Assembly (NCBI GenBank): GCA_015062435.1
Contig: SUUR01000007.1
Location: forward strand, 275 to 64,274
Source: Alphaproteobacteria bacterium
Lineage (GTDB): Bacteria; Pseudomonadota; Alphaproteobacteria; RF32; CAG-239
DNA: 64,000 nucleotides
Direction of reading: 5' to 3'
A program made the translations under genes and the position numbers. Of this stretch, positions 49,437 to 58,268 are shown piece by piece. Within the stretch, counting starts at the first letter, position 1; each line of letters opens with the position of its first letter. The notes beneath the pieces are model-generated. The model saw nothing but the letters and a program-made list of their open reading frames with translations. It ran no database searches and had not been told where the DNA came from.

Positions 49437-52073
49437 ATGTTAGAAAAAAATTATAACCCTAAAGATTTTGAAGAAAGAATTTATAATGATTGGGAACATT
49501 CCGGAGATTTTAAACCGGATATGAGCAAAAACGCAGAAGCTTATGCTGTTGTAATTCCTCCACCGAATGTAACCGGAGTTTTGCATATGGGGCATGCCCT
49601 TGACAATACGTTGCAAGATATTTTAATCAGATATAATCGTATGCTTGGTAAAAAGGTTTTGTGGCAACCGGGAACAGACCACGCCGGTATTGCCACCCAA
49701 ATGGTAGTAGAAAGAAATTTGGCCAAAGATGGAATTAGTCGCCATGATTTGGGAAGAGAGAAATTTATTGAAACTGTTTGGAAGTGGAGAGAACAATCCG
49801 GTGGTACCATTTGTAAACAATTACGTCGTTTGGGAGCATCTTGTGATTGGAGCCGAGAACGTTTTACAATGGATGAGGGGTTATCAAAAGCTGTACGCAA
49901 AATTTTTGTAAGTTTATATAAAGACGGCCTCATATACAAAGCCAAAAAACTGGTTAATTGGGATTCTAAGTTTATGACCGCAGTATCAGATCTTGAAGTT
50001 GTTCAAAAAGAAACTGTTGGCAAAATGTATTACTATAAATATCCCATAGATGGTTCTGATAATGAGTTTATTCATATTGCTACCACCAGACCGGAAACCA
50101 TGTTTGGAGATACGGCAGTTGCAGTCAGTAAAGATAACGAAAAACTCAAACATCTTATCGGTAAAAACGCAATATTACCGATTGCTAATCGCCTTATTCC
50201 GATTATTGCTGATGATCATGCCGATCCGGAGAAAGGAACCGGAGCCGTAAAAATTACTCCTGCACATGATTTTAACGATTTTGAGGTTGGCAAACGTCAT
50301 AATCTTCCTCTGGTAAATATTTTAAACGAAGATGCAACTTTAAATGACAATACTCCTTTTTCCGGTATAGATACTTTAACTGCTCGCAAACTTACCATAG
50401 AGAAACTTGAAGAACTGGGTTTGATGGAAAAAATAGAAGATCACCCGATGGTTATTCCCTATGGAGAACGTTCTGGAGTTATTATTGAACCGCTCATGAC
50501 AGACCAGTGGTTTGTAGATGCTCCGGTTCTGGCCAAAGAAGCTATCAGAGTTGTTGAAGAAGGAGAGATGGAATTTATACCTAAGTCTTACGAGAAAACT
50601 TATTTTGAATGGATGCGCAATATTCAACCATGGTGTATATCTCGTCAACTTTGGTGGGGACACCAAATGCCTATTTGGTATGGTCCTGATGGAACAATCT
50701 TTTGTGAAGAAAATGAAGCAGAGGCTCAATTAGCCGCAGATAAACATTATGGAAAAATGGTTGAGCTTACCAGAGAAACAGATGTTCTGGATACATGGTT
50801 TTCTTCAGGATTATGGGCATTTTCAACATTAGGGTGGCCACAAAATACTGAATATTTGCAAACATTTTATCCGACATCAGTTTTAGTTACAGGGTTTGAC
50901 ATTATCTTTTTCTGGGTGGCCAGAATGATGATGATGAGCATGTACATGATGAAAAGAATACCATTCCGCAAAGTTTATATGCATGGTCTTGTTCGTGATG
51001 AGAAAGGCCAAAAGATGTCAAAATCCAAAGGTAATACGGTAGATCCTATGGAAACTATCGAAAAATACGGAGCAGATGCATTACGTTTCTTTATGGCCGC
51101 AATGGAAACTCAAGGAAGAGATGTAAATCTTAGTGAAACCAGAATAGCCGGATATCGCAATTTTGCAACAAAATTATGGAATGCCGCTCGTTTTGGTGAA
51201 ATGAACAATTGCTCTTCGGTAGAAGGTTTTGAAAGCCATAATATCCAACATGCCGTAAATAAATGGATTATTGCTAAAGCTGAACAAGTAACCAAAGAAG
51301 TAACTGATAGTCTGAACTCATATCGTTTTTCAGATGCGGCTAATGCCATTTATCAATTTACTTGGGGTACATTTTGTGATTGGTACATAGAATTGATTAA
51401 ACCCATGCTTTATGGAGAAGATGAAGTAACTAAAGAGGAAACCAGAGCTACCTTTGGTTGGGTATTGGATAGAATTTTGGTTGTTTTGCACCCGTTTATG
51501 CCATTTATTACAACTGAGTTGTGGAATAATACCGCCAAGCGTAACATCAAATTACTTCATCATAATTGGCCACATACTTCGGTTGGTGATAATCAGGCAA
51601 TGTCAGAAATTGATTGGGTAATTGAACTTATTTCGGTTATTCGTTCTTTGCGTGCAGAAATGAATTTGCCTGCGGGAGCAAAATTAAATGTATTCTTAAA
51701 AGATGCAAATTTGCAGTCGCAACAAAATATTATAGATTTTAAGACTATGATATGTTCTTTGGCTCGACTTGAAAATATTGATGTTTTATCTGGAGATGTA
51801 ACTTCGGATATGGTTCAAAGTGTATTTAGAGAAGCTTCAGTACTTTTACCATTAAAAGGAGTTATAGATTTTTCTGCAGAGCGTGAACGTTTGAACAAAG
51901 AACTTGCAACTCTAAATAAAAATTTAGAAGGATATGCTCGTAAGTTGGAAAACCCCAGCTTTGTAGAAAGAGCTCCACAAGCAGTTGTTGAAGAAGAAAA
52001 ACGTCGTCAGGCAGAGGCATTGGAGAATAAAGCTAAAGTAGAATCTGCATTGAAACGAATAGCTGATTTATAA
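49437..52073 (+). CDS. valS: valine--tRNA ligase
   Basis: HIGH region PPPNVTGVLHMGHAL, KMSKS motif, C-terminal coiled coil, 878 aa. Confidence 0.97.
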   Translation: MLEKNYNPKDFEERIYNDWEHSGDFKPDMSKNAEAYAVVIPPPNVTGVLHMGHALDNTLQDILIRYNRMLGKKVLWQPGTDHAGIATQMVVERNLAKDGISRHDLGREKFIETVWKWREQSGGTICKQLRRLGASCDWSRERFTMDEGLSKAVRKIFVSLYKDGLIYKAKKLVNWDSKFMTAVSDLEVVQKETVGKMYYYKYPIDGSDNEFIHIATTRPETMFGDTAVAVSKDNEKLKHLIGKNAILPIANRLIPIIADDHADPEKGTGAVKITPAHDFNDFEVGKRHNLPLVNILNEDATLNDNTPFSGIDTLTARKLTIEKLEELGLMEKIEDHPMVIPYGERSGVIIEPLMTDQWFVDAPVLAKEAIRVVEEGEMEFIPKSYEKTYFEWMRNIQPWCISRQLWWGHQMPIWYGPDGTIFCEENEAEAQLAADKHYGKMVELTRETDVLDTWFSSGLWAFSTLGWPQNTEYLQTFYPTSVLVTGFDIIFFWVARMMMMSMYMMKRIPFRKVYMHGLVRDEKGQKMSKSKGNTVDPMETIEKYGADALRFFMAAMETQGRDVNLSETRIAGYRNFATKLWNAARFGEMNNCSSVEGFESHNIQHAVNKWIIAKAEQVTKEVTDSLNSYRFSDAANAIYQFTWGTFCDWYIELIKPMLYGEDEVTKEETRATFGWVLDRILVVLHPFMPFITTELWNNTAKRNIKLLHHNWPHTSVGDNQAMSEIDWVIELISVIRSLRAEMNLPAGAKLNVFLKDANLQSQQNIIDFKTMICSLARLENIDVLSGDVTSDMVQSVFREASVLLPLKGVIDFSAERERLNKELATLNKNLEGYARKLENPSFVERAPQAVVEEEKRRQAEALENKAKVESALKRIADL

Positions 52074-52075
52074 AT

Positions 52076-52140
52076 AAAAAAGCGGTATTTAAATGAACTG
52101 TCCTCCAAAAATTTGGACAGTTCATAAAACCGCTTTTTTT
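52076..52140. terminator. two-tier bidirectional terminator (valS / flgL)
   Basis: Outer stem AAAAAAGCGGT (52076-86) / ACCGCTTTTTT (52129-39). Inner stem ATGAACTGTCC (52093-103) / GGACAGTTCAT (52115-25). The T-run reaches the flgL stop codon. Confidence 0.75.
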
Positions 52141-54074
52141 TAATCAAGATAATTAAGTAAAGACATATTCAAAGCATTTTGCAAAACTGAATAAGATGCT
52201 TCAAGATTATATTGAGCAAGAATAGCTTTTGCTGCAGCTTCAGTCTGGTCAACATTCTTAAGAGAGTCGATACTTGTTTGTAAGTTATTTTTCACAAGTG
52301 TCAGATTTTCATCATTGCTCTTTAGCAATACATAGTTAGCACTGAGTTTAGATGTTACAGCATATATACTGGAATTTGTACCTGAGTTAGCAGGTTCGCT
52401 ACTGTCATCAATACCACTTTGCATTAATTGCATAGCCGTATTTACAATATTTTTGGCCTTATTAACATCTATCAAGCCTTCAGCATTGGCAGGATTAGTT
52501 GTATCCACAACATTTCCCTGAGCGATTAAACCCATAGCTCTTATAATTTTTTCAAAACCGGCATCATTGGCAGTGATATCTAAAGTTATTGATTGATTTT
52601 CAGATATTCTGCGCTCAAGATTAAGGTCTCCACCGGTATAATAAGCCATCGTAGACATGCTCCAAGAACTTGAAGCAGCAACATATGTACTATCTGCTGA
52701 AAAATATCCCGGATCGGCTGTTACATTAAGACTTCCATCAGCATTCACACCTGTTACTTGCACTCTTGGGGCAACATTACTCCCCATATTATTCATTTCA
52801 ATTACTGTTCCGATAGGGTAAGATTTGCTGATAGTCACACCGGTCGGATCATCAATTGCCGGTTCATCAACAATATTATGTCCGTCAGTTTTTTCGAAAG
52901 TGATGGTTTTTCCATCAGCAGAAACAGATTTTACAACATAAGAATTATTATTGTTTGCAGTTCCGCTTAATATTAAAGTATCACCAGCTTGTATAGTATT
53001 AAAAGCTCCGTATTCTGTGGCATTAAGAGTGTTTTTATCGGCATCGAACGTAAGTTTTCCTGTTGTTGCCGGAGTAGCACTGATTGACTTTTCTAAAAAA
53101 CCGCCTTCGACATCGGGAGTTATTTTAAATTGATTTCCGCTTATTTTATCAAAAGTAATACCACCGGTTTGTTGAGCAGTTGTTGTTTTATTACATAAAT
53201 TTGCCGCACTGTTATCAGGAAATTTAATATTCACGCCATCATAAAACTCTTGAAACTCAGCCAAATTACTGAATGGAAAGTTGATTGGAGAAACAGTAGC
53301 ATCACCACCGCCGAATAAATACTTTCCGTTAGCAGATACATTGAGGGCATCAACCATCATTTGCAAAGATGTAAAAGCATAATTTTGCAATTCTGTCAGG
53401 TTATGAGCCTGATCTTGATTCATTGTATATGCTTCTCCGGTTTTAACACCGTTTGCAGATAAAATAGTAGATGTACCGTTAATTGTATAATATGGGAACT
53501 TAAACGTTTCTCCATCAAATTCAAATCCGGGATAATCGCCGGTAGGGTCTACTTTATCTTTAAGAGCTTGCATAACTTTTTCAGCATATCCCTCATTTCC
53601 TGAATCAGCAGCAATAGCAGATAAATCAATATTATTACCTGAACCGTCAACATTAGAAAAAGTATATTTTATACCATTTATGGTAATTGTTTTACCAACA
53701 TATGTATCTTCATTATTATCAGTAAAGGTAATTTCACCGCCTGTATAATCCGGAGTTAATGTTTTGGCATCACTTCCGGAAAAATTATTAAGCATTGCCT
53801 GAAAATCAATTGCTGTATCAGTAATGGCGTCCATTGCGGTACTCATAGTAGTTATTTCAATATCAAGCAATTTATTATTTTCTAAAAAATTATTTGTAAC
53901 ATTGTAAGATGCTTCTAAATTTACAATACTATAAGCAGACATTCCGTATCCGGAGTAGGTTGGAGCCTTTAATCCGGTAACGCTTTGAAAGTTATACAAT
54001 TCAAAAGTCTGCTTATTTTTAAGTGTTTGAGTAAGCAATCTCATATTTGTAGAATAAGTAGGAACTCTGGTCAT
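52140..54074 (-). CDS. flgL: flagellar hook-associated protein 3 (FlgL), unusually long
   Basis: Flagellin-type N-terminus (TNMRLLTQTLKNKQ...VTGLKAPTYSGYG) and C-terminus (AAAKAILAQYNLEASYSVLQNALNMSLLNYL). Lies directly downstream of flgK. At 644 aa it has a large Thr/Gly/Asn-rich central insert. Confidence 0.75.
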   Translation of the reverse strand: MTRVPTYSTNMRLLTQTLKNKQTFELYNFQSVTGLKAPTYSGYGMSAYSIVNLEASYNVTNNFLENNKLLDIEITTMSTAMDAITDTAIDFQAMLNNFSGSDAKTLTPDYTGGEITFTDNNEDTYVGKTITINGIKYTFSNVDGSGNNIDLSAIAADSGNEGYAEKVMQALKDKVDPTGDYPGFEFDGETFKFPYYTINGTSTILSANGVKTGEAYTMNQDQAHNLTELQNYAFTSLQMMVDALNVSANGKYLFGGGDATVSPINFPFSNLAEFQEFYDGVNIKFPDNSAANLCNKTTTAQQTGGITFDKISGNQFKITPDVEGGFLEKSISATPATTGKLTFDADKNTLNATEYGAFNTIQAGDTLILSGTANNNNSYVVKSVSADGKTITFEKTDGHNIVDEPAIDDPTGVTISKSYPIGTVIEMNNMGSNVAPRVQVTGVNADGSLNVTADPGYFSADSTYVAASSSWSMSTMAYYTGGDLNLERRISENQSITLDITANDAGFEKIIRAMGLIAQGNVVDTTNPANAEGLIDVNKAKNIVNTAMQLMQSGIDDSSEPANSGTNSSIYAVTSKLSANYVLLKSNDENLTLVKNNLQTSIDSLKNVDQTEAAAKAILAQYNLEASYSVLQNALNMSLLNYLD

Positions 54075-54085
54075 AATTTATCCTC

Positions 54086-56269
54086 CTATACAATATTCAG
54101 CAACATATCCAAAATTTCTTTGGAAGCCGTAAATGCTTGAGCGCAAGCTGCGTAACTTTGTTGGAATATAATCATTTGTCCCAATTCTTCATCAAGATCA
54201 ACTCCGCTGATTTGAGCTTCTTTAGTAGATATTGATTGCGTTAACGTTTGTTGATATTCAAAAGAATTTTGAGCATTACTTGTTTGAGATGCAATATTTC
54301 CGACAAAAGTAGCGGCATAACTTGCTAAATTTGTTTGAGTCTGAGCGATTGTGCCTGACTGTTTAAAGTTTTGTGATAGTGCAAAAACTTCCCCCATTTC
54401 GTTAGCTATTGAATTAGCTGCCGGACTCAATACATATCTTCCGGTAGATTTATTAAATTCAGGAGCACCACCGGCAATCAAACTCGGGTTGGTTGTAATA
54501 TCTTGTCTTACTTTGATTTGTTGAGCAACACCTGCATTTGAAGGAGTTAGTCCCAAACGGCCTAAAAGGTTGTTTCCTTGTGTTTCTGAAATTTCTAATT
54601 GTCCGCCGTTTAGATTCTCTATTCTGAATACATAACCGCTTCCGTTTGGAACCAAAGAAGCCCTTATTGATCTGCTCAAAACCGGATCATCATTGATATT
54701 CTTTACAATTTGACTTAAACTGTCAGAAGGAGATATTGAAATAGTAGCATAATTAAGCCCGTATACTTCATCAGAAAAACTCCAAACAGTAGTTTGATTA
54801 ACACCCAAATTAGCATTCAGATTAACCACATTTGAGTCATAAATATAATCTCTGTTATCATCAACAAAAACATCATTTAACCCGAAGAAATCAGCGAAGC
54901 CTGCATAAGTTTGCCCATATATACCGTTAGCTCCGGCATCAAAAGCGATAACGGCATCTTTTTGTTCAGTTCCCGGAGTAGAAGACATGGTATCAATTAT
55001 AGATAAACCATATTCACTGTCACCGGTAGATATAATCAATTGCCCATCATTATTAAAATAAACTTCAGCTTGCGGTAAATTAGGTCCATTTGCGGAGCGC
55101 AACCAGTTTTGAATTGTCTGAGCCATATCATCAAGACTTCCTTGGGCAAAACCCAATTCACCTTTTAATGTTGTTGTTGCAAATTGTTCACCCTCAGGAG
55201 TAACAATCATCAAGCGAACATCTCCGCTCTCTATTTTAATATTTTGAACATAATTACCGTTATCATCTTGAAGAAATACTTTAGTTCCGGTAAGTGTTGA
55301 AGGCGTATTAGGATAGGCTGTTCCCCGGTTATGTACACTGTTTATGGTATCTTTAAGAGTACCTGAAAGTTCATCAAGTTGGCTTTGTAAAGATGGTAAA
55401 ATAACATCACGAACTTCGATTAATCCTTTTATCTCACCATTTTTGATATAACCTGTTATATCCTTGCCATCAACATAAATTCCTCCGATACCACCGCTGG
55501 CATAAGTAACTGTTGGGCTTGTTTTTGCTACGGCAGCATGAGAAAGTTTATGAGGATCACTATCCAAAAGAGTAATTCCGTTTGTTGTTTGTATAACAAT
55601 AGAACCGTTATCTCTTTTAAAATAGGAAATATCAATCATAGCGGAAAGTTCACGCAAAGCAGTATCACGTTGATCTTGTAAATCAGCAACACCATCATAG
55701 TTAAGCAATTCATATTTAACTAATTCTTCGTTGAGATGATCAATTGTATCCAATAATTTATTAATTTCTTCAACATTTTCGGTTATTTGTAAATCAGCAT
55801 CGCCACGCAAAACTTGAATTTCGGCAGAAACAGAGTTTAGTCGTGCGGTAAGGGTGGTTGCCTGATTTAAAAGATTATATCTGCCGGCAGAAGATGTAAC
55901 ATCGGTAGCCAAGCTTTCAAAAGCAGTTTGCAGATCCGAAACATTTGCAGAAATAGAATTATTACCTTGAGGAGTACCAAGAGTAACTTCTATTTTGCTC
56001 AAATAATCATTTTTTGCAGAATAATTGTTTGTTAAAGAGTTAGAAGATAAATAGCTTTTTAATAACCCTTCATCAACTTGTCTGGTAACATTTCCCAGCT
56101 CTACCCCCATACTTGAGCCGGCTCTGACCACACTATGTTGCTGAGCAGTTTTACGAGAATATCCTTCAGTATCAACATTTGATACATTTCTGCTTATGAT
56201 ATCAAGTTGCCCTTGAGCAGCTTTCATACCTGACAATGAAGTTGTCAAACTGGGAATTAAAGCCATCAC
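54086..56269 (-). CDS. flgK: flagellar hook-associated protein 1 (FlgK)
   Basis: N-terminal SLSGMKAAQGQLDIISRNVSNVDTEGYSRK and C-terminal GVDLDEELGQMIIFQQSYAACAQ. Confidence 0.9.
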   Translation of the reverse strand: MMALIPSLTTSLSGMKAAQGQLDIISRNVSNVDTEGYSRKTAQQHSVVRAGSSMGVELGNVTRQVDEGLLKSYLSSNSLTNNYSAKNDYLSKIEVTLGTPQGNNSISANVSDLQTAFESLATDVTSSAGRYNLLNQATTLTARLNSVSAEIQVLRGDADLQITENVEEINKLLDTIDHLNEELVKYELLNYDGVADLQDQRDTALRELSAMIDISYFKRDNGSIVIQTTNGITLLDSDPHKLSHAAVAKTSPTVTYASGGIGGIYVDGKDITGYIKNGEIKGLIEVRDVILPSLQSQLDELSGTLKDTINSVHNRGTAYPNTPSTLTGTKVFLQDDNGNYVQNIKIESGDVRLMIVTPEGEQFATTTLKGELGFAQGSLDDMAQTIQNWLRSANGPNLPQAEVYFNNDGQLIISTGDSEYGLSIIDTMSSTPGTEQKDAVIAFDAGANGIYGQTYAGFADFFGLNDVFVDDNRDYIYDSNVVNLNANLGVNQTTVWSFSDEVYGLNYATISISPSDSLSQIVKNINDDPVLSRSIRASLVPNGSGYVFRIENLNGGQLEISETQGNNLLGRLGLTPSNAGVAQQIKVRQDITTNPSLIAGGAPEFNKSTGRYVLSPAANSIANEMGEVFALSQNFKQSGTIAQTQTNLASYAATFVGNIASQTSNAQNSFEYQQTLTQSISTKEAQISGVDLDEELGQMIIFQQSYAACAQAFTASKEILDMLLNIV

Positions 56270-56276
56270 ACACCTC

Positions 56277-56729
56277 CTACAAAGTTCTGTTTATGGCTAA
56301 CGCATTCTTGTTATTATCCAACGGAGAATATGTTCCGTGCGCACCATAAGAAGTTGCATTATTGTTGTTTGTTACTTTTGCAATGTTAATGATAGTATTC
56401 ATAACATTTTTGCTTGTTTCCATTCTGGTTTTAAGTAGCAGTTCATTCTCTTTCAAGATTTCATCTAATTCACGAGAAGCTTCTTTGAGTTCAGCCTTAA
56501 GATTTAAATCTGCCATTTTTAAGGATTCCGCATTTTTAATAAAGAATGCGCTTAAAGACCGATATGCTGAAACAGCTTTCATTTTTTGCTCATATAATTT
56601 TCCGACTTCCTCAGCATCAAATTTTTCTAAGGCTGTATTTTCCAATTCCAATATTTCGATAAACCCGTCAATAATATCGAGCAAATCAGCAAGTTTATTG
56701 TTAATTTCATTTACAGATAAATTTTCCAT
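56277..56729 (-). CDS. FlgN/FlbY-like flagellar protein
   Basis: 150-aa helical protein (LELENTALEKFDAEEVGKLYEQK...) in the position that flbY occupies after cheL in the Caulobacter flgI operon. I chose the ATG at 56729, preceded by AAGGAG, over the track start at 56801, which would overlap the upstream gene. Confidence 0.5.
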   Translation of the reverse strand: MENLSVNEINNKLADLLDIIDGFIEILELENTALEKFDAEEVGKLYEQKMKAVSAYRSLSAFFIKNAESLKMADLNLKAELKEASRELDEILKENELLLKTRMETSKNVMNTIINIAKVTNNNNATSYGAHGTYSPLDNNKNALAINRTL

Positions 56730-56740
56730 AGCACTTCTCC

Positions 56741-57073
56741 TTATCCGAGAAACTCTACTGAGTTTTGTTCTTGCATTTCCAAGATTGAACGCATTACCCA
56801 ATCTTTAACGCCGACACCGCCGACTTTAGCCATTTCTTTACCGTATTGGTCTAATAACATTGATCTGTATATTTTTTCAGCATTTCCTCCGCCAAACATT
56901 CCGTTTGTAGAAACACCATCAAACATGCTTTCCATCATTTTTGTTAGAAAAAATGCTTCAAAATCTTCAGCTGATTTTTCTGCTTTTTCTAAATTATTAT
57001 TAACTTTAGGTGCTTTGGTTGCCGAAAGCATATCAGCTTCAAACATGGCCATATTTGTTAACAAATCAGTCAT
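56741..57073 (-). CDS. cheL: flagellar rod-binding protein (FlgJ N-domain-like / CheL)
   Basis: 110 aa. AEDFEAFFLTKMMESMF...GGGNAEKIYRSMLLDQYGKEMAK is the Rod-binding (FlgJ N-terminal) signature. The start overlaps the flgI stop. Confidence 0.8.
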   Translation of the reverse strand: MTDLLTNMAMFEADMLSATKAPKVNNNLEKAEKSAEDFEAFFLTKMMESMFDGVSTNGMFGGGNAEKIYRSMLLDQYGKEMAKVGGVGVKDWVMRSILEMQEQNSVEFLG

Positions 57074-58197
57074 CAGATCACCTCGATTTCAGCCTGTAAA
57101 GCACCGCTTGCTTTGATTGCTTGCAATATACTGATTAAATCACGTGGAGTAACACCTAAAGAATTCAACCCGTCAACTAATTCCTGTAAATTTATACCGG
57201 TATCCAATACCGTAAGTTTAGCATCAGTATCTTCATCAATTTCAATTACAGATGAATTGGTTACGACTGTTTCTCCATTTGTAAAAGGAAGAGGTTGAGA
57301 AACCAACGGAATATCAGTTATTTTTATGGTTAAATTTCCTTGAGCGATTGCCAAGCGATTAATTTTTACTTCTTTACCGATAACTACAATACCTGATCCT
57401 TCATCGATTACTACTTTAGCCAGTTGATCCGGTTGAATTTGCAATTGTTCTACTTTTGTCATAAGATCCACAATCTTACCTTTATAAGATGCCGGAACCT
57501 TCAAAACTATTGTAGCTGAATCAATAGCTTTGGCAGCAGGAGTACCAAGCATTGCATTAACTGCATCAGAAACTCTGCGAGCAGTTGTAAAATCCGGATT
57601 TCTTAAAGCGATGGTAATACTGTTTAAGCTTTCCAATTTAAAAGGAATTTCATTTTCGATAATAGCCCCACTGGGAATACGTCCTGATGTCGGAACACCT
57701 TTAGAAACAGATTGTGTGGCACTGCTGGCACTCACACCACCAACAGCAATTTGCCCTTGAGCAACAGCATAAACTGTTCCGTCTGCACCGCTTAACGGAG
57801 TAACTAACAATGTACCGCCTTGGAGATTTTTAGCATCACCTAGAGCACTGACCATGACATCAATCTTACTTCCCTGACGTGCAAAAGGAGGTAAATTTGC
57901 AGTAACCATAACTGCAGCAACGTTTTTAGACTTAATTTGGCCTCCACGTGCGTTGATACCGATATTATCAAGCATAGAAATCAGGCTTTCTCTGGTAAAG
58001 TCCACAGATTTAATATTATCACCGGTACCGTTCAATCCCACAACCAATCCGTAACCTATTAATTGGTTGTCTCTAATTCCCTCAAAGTCGGCAATATCTT
58101 TAATACGAGACACGGCATTTGCTTCTGATGATTGGAATATCAGAGCCAAAGAAACAAGAGCCAAACTGGCTAATTTTATGGTTTTTGCACGAAACAT
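57073..58197 (-). CDS. flgI: flagellar P-ring protein FlgI
   Basis: Signal peptide, then RIKDIADFEGIRDNQLIGYGLVVGLNGTGD, 374 aa. Confidence 0.95.
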   Translation of the reverse strand: MFRAKTIKLASLALVSLALIFQSSEANAVSRIKDIADFEGIRDNQLIGYGLVVGLNGTGDNIKSVDFTRESLISMLDNIGINARGGQIKSKNVAAVMVTANLPPFARQGSKIDVMVSALGDAKNLQGGTLLVTPLSGADGTVYAVAQGQIAVGGVSASSATQSVSKGVPTSGRIPSGAIIENEIPFKLESLNSITIALRNPDFTTARRVSDAVNAMLGTPAAKAIDSATIVLKVPASYKGKIVDLMTKVEQLQIQPDQLAKVVIDEGSGIVVIGKEVKINRLAIAQGNLTIKITDIPLVSQPLPFTNGETVVTNSSVIEIDEDTDAKLTVLDTGINLQELVDGLNSLGVTPRDLISILQAIKASGALQAEIEVI

Positions 58198-58242
58198 AAG
58201 CCTAAAACCTCAAAAGTTAAACATTAAACTTAAAGGTATATA

Positions 58243-58258
58243 TGCAAATATCGTGCCA
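58243..58258 (-). promoter_or_regulatory. sigma-54 (-24/-12) promoter of the flgI operon
   Basis: Minus strand reads TGGCAC-GATAT-TTGCA, an exact match to TGGCAC-N5-TTGCW. The -12 element ends 45 nt upstream of the flgI ATG, in the 71-nt murE-flgI gap. Confidence 0.7.
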
Positions 58259-58268
58259 ATAAGTCAGC

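Noticed and set aside
56362-56808. 148-aa plus-strand ORF opposite the FlgN/FlbY-like gene
   Set aside because: Its sequence is hydrophobic and Ser-rich low-complexity. It is antisense to a gene that fits the tightly spaced flagellar operon and has its own AAGGAG RBS.
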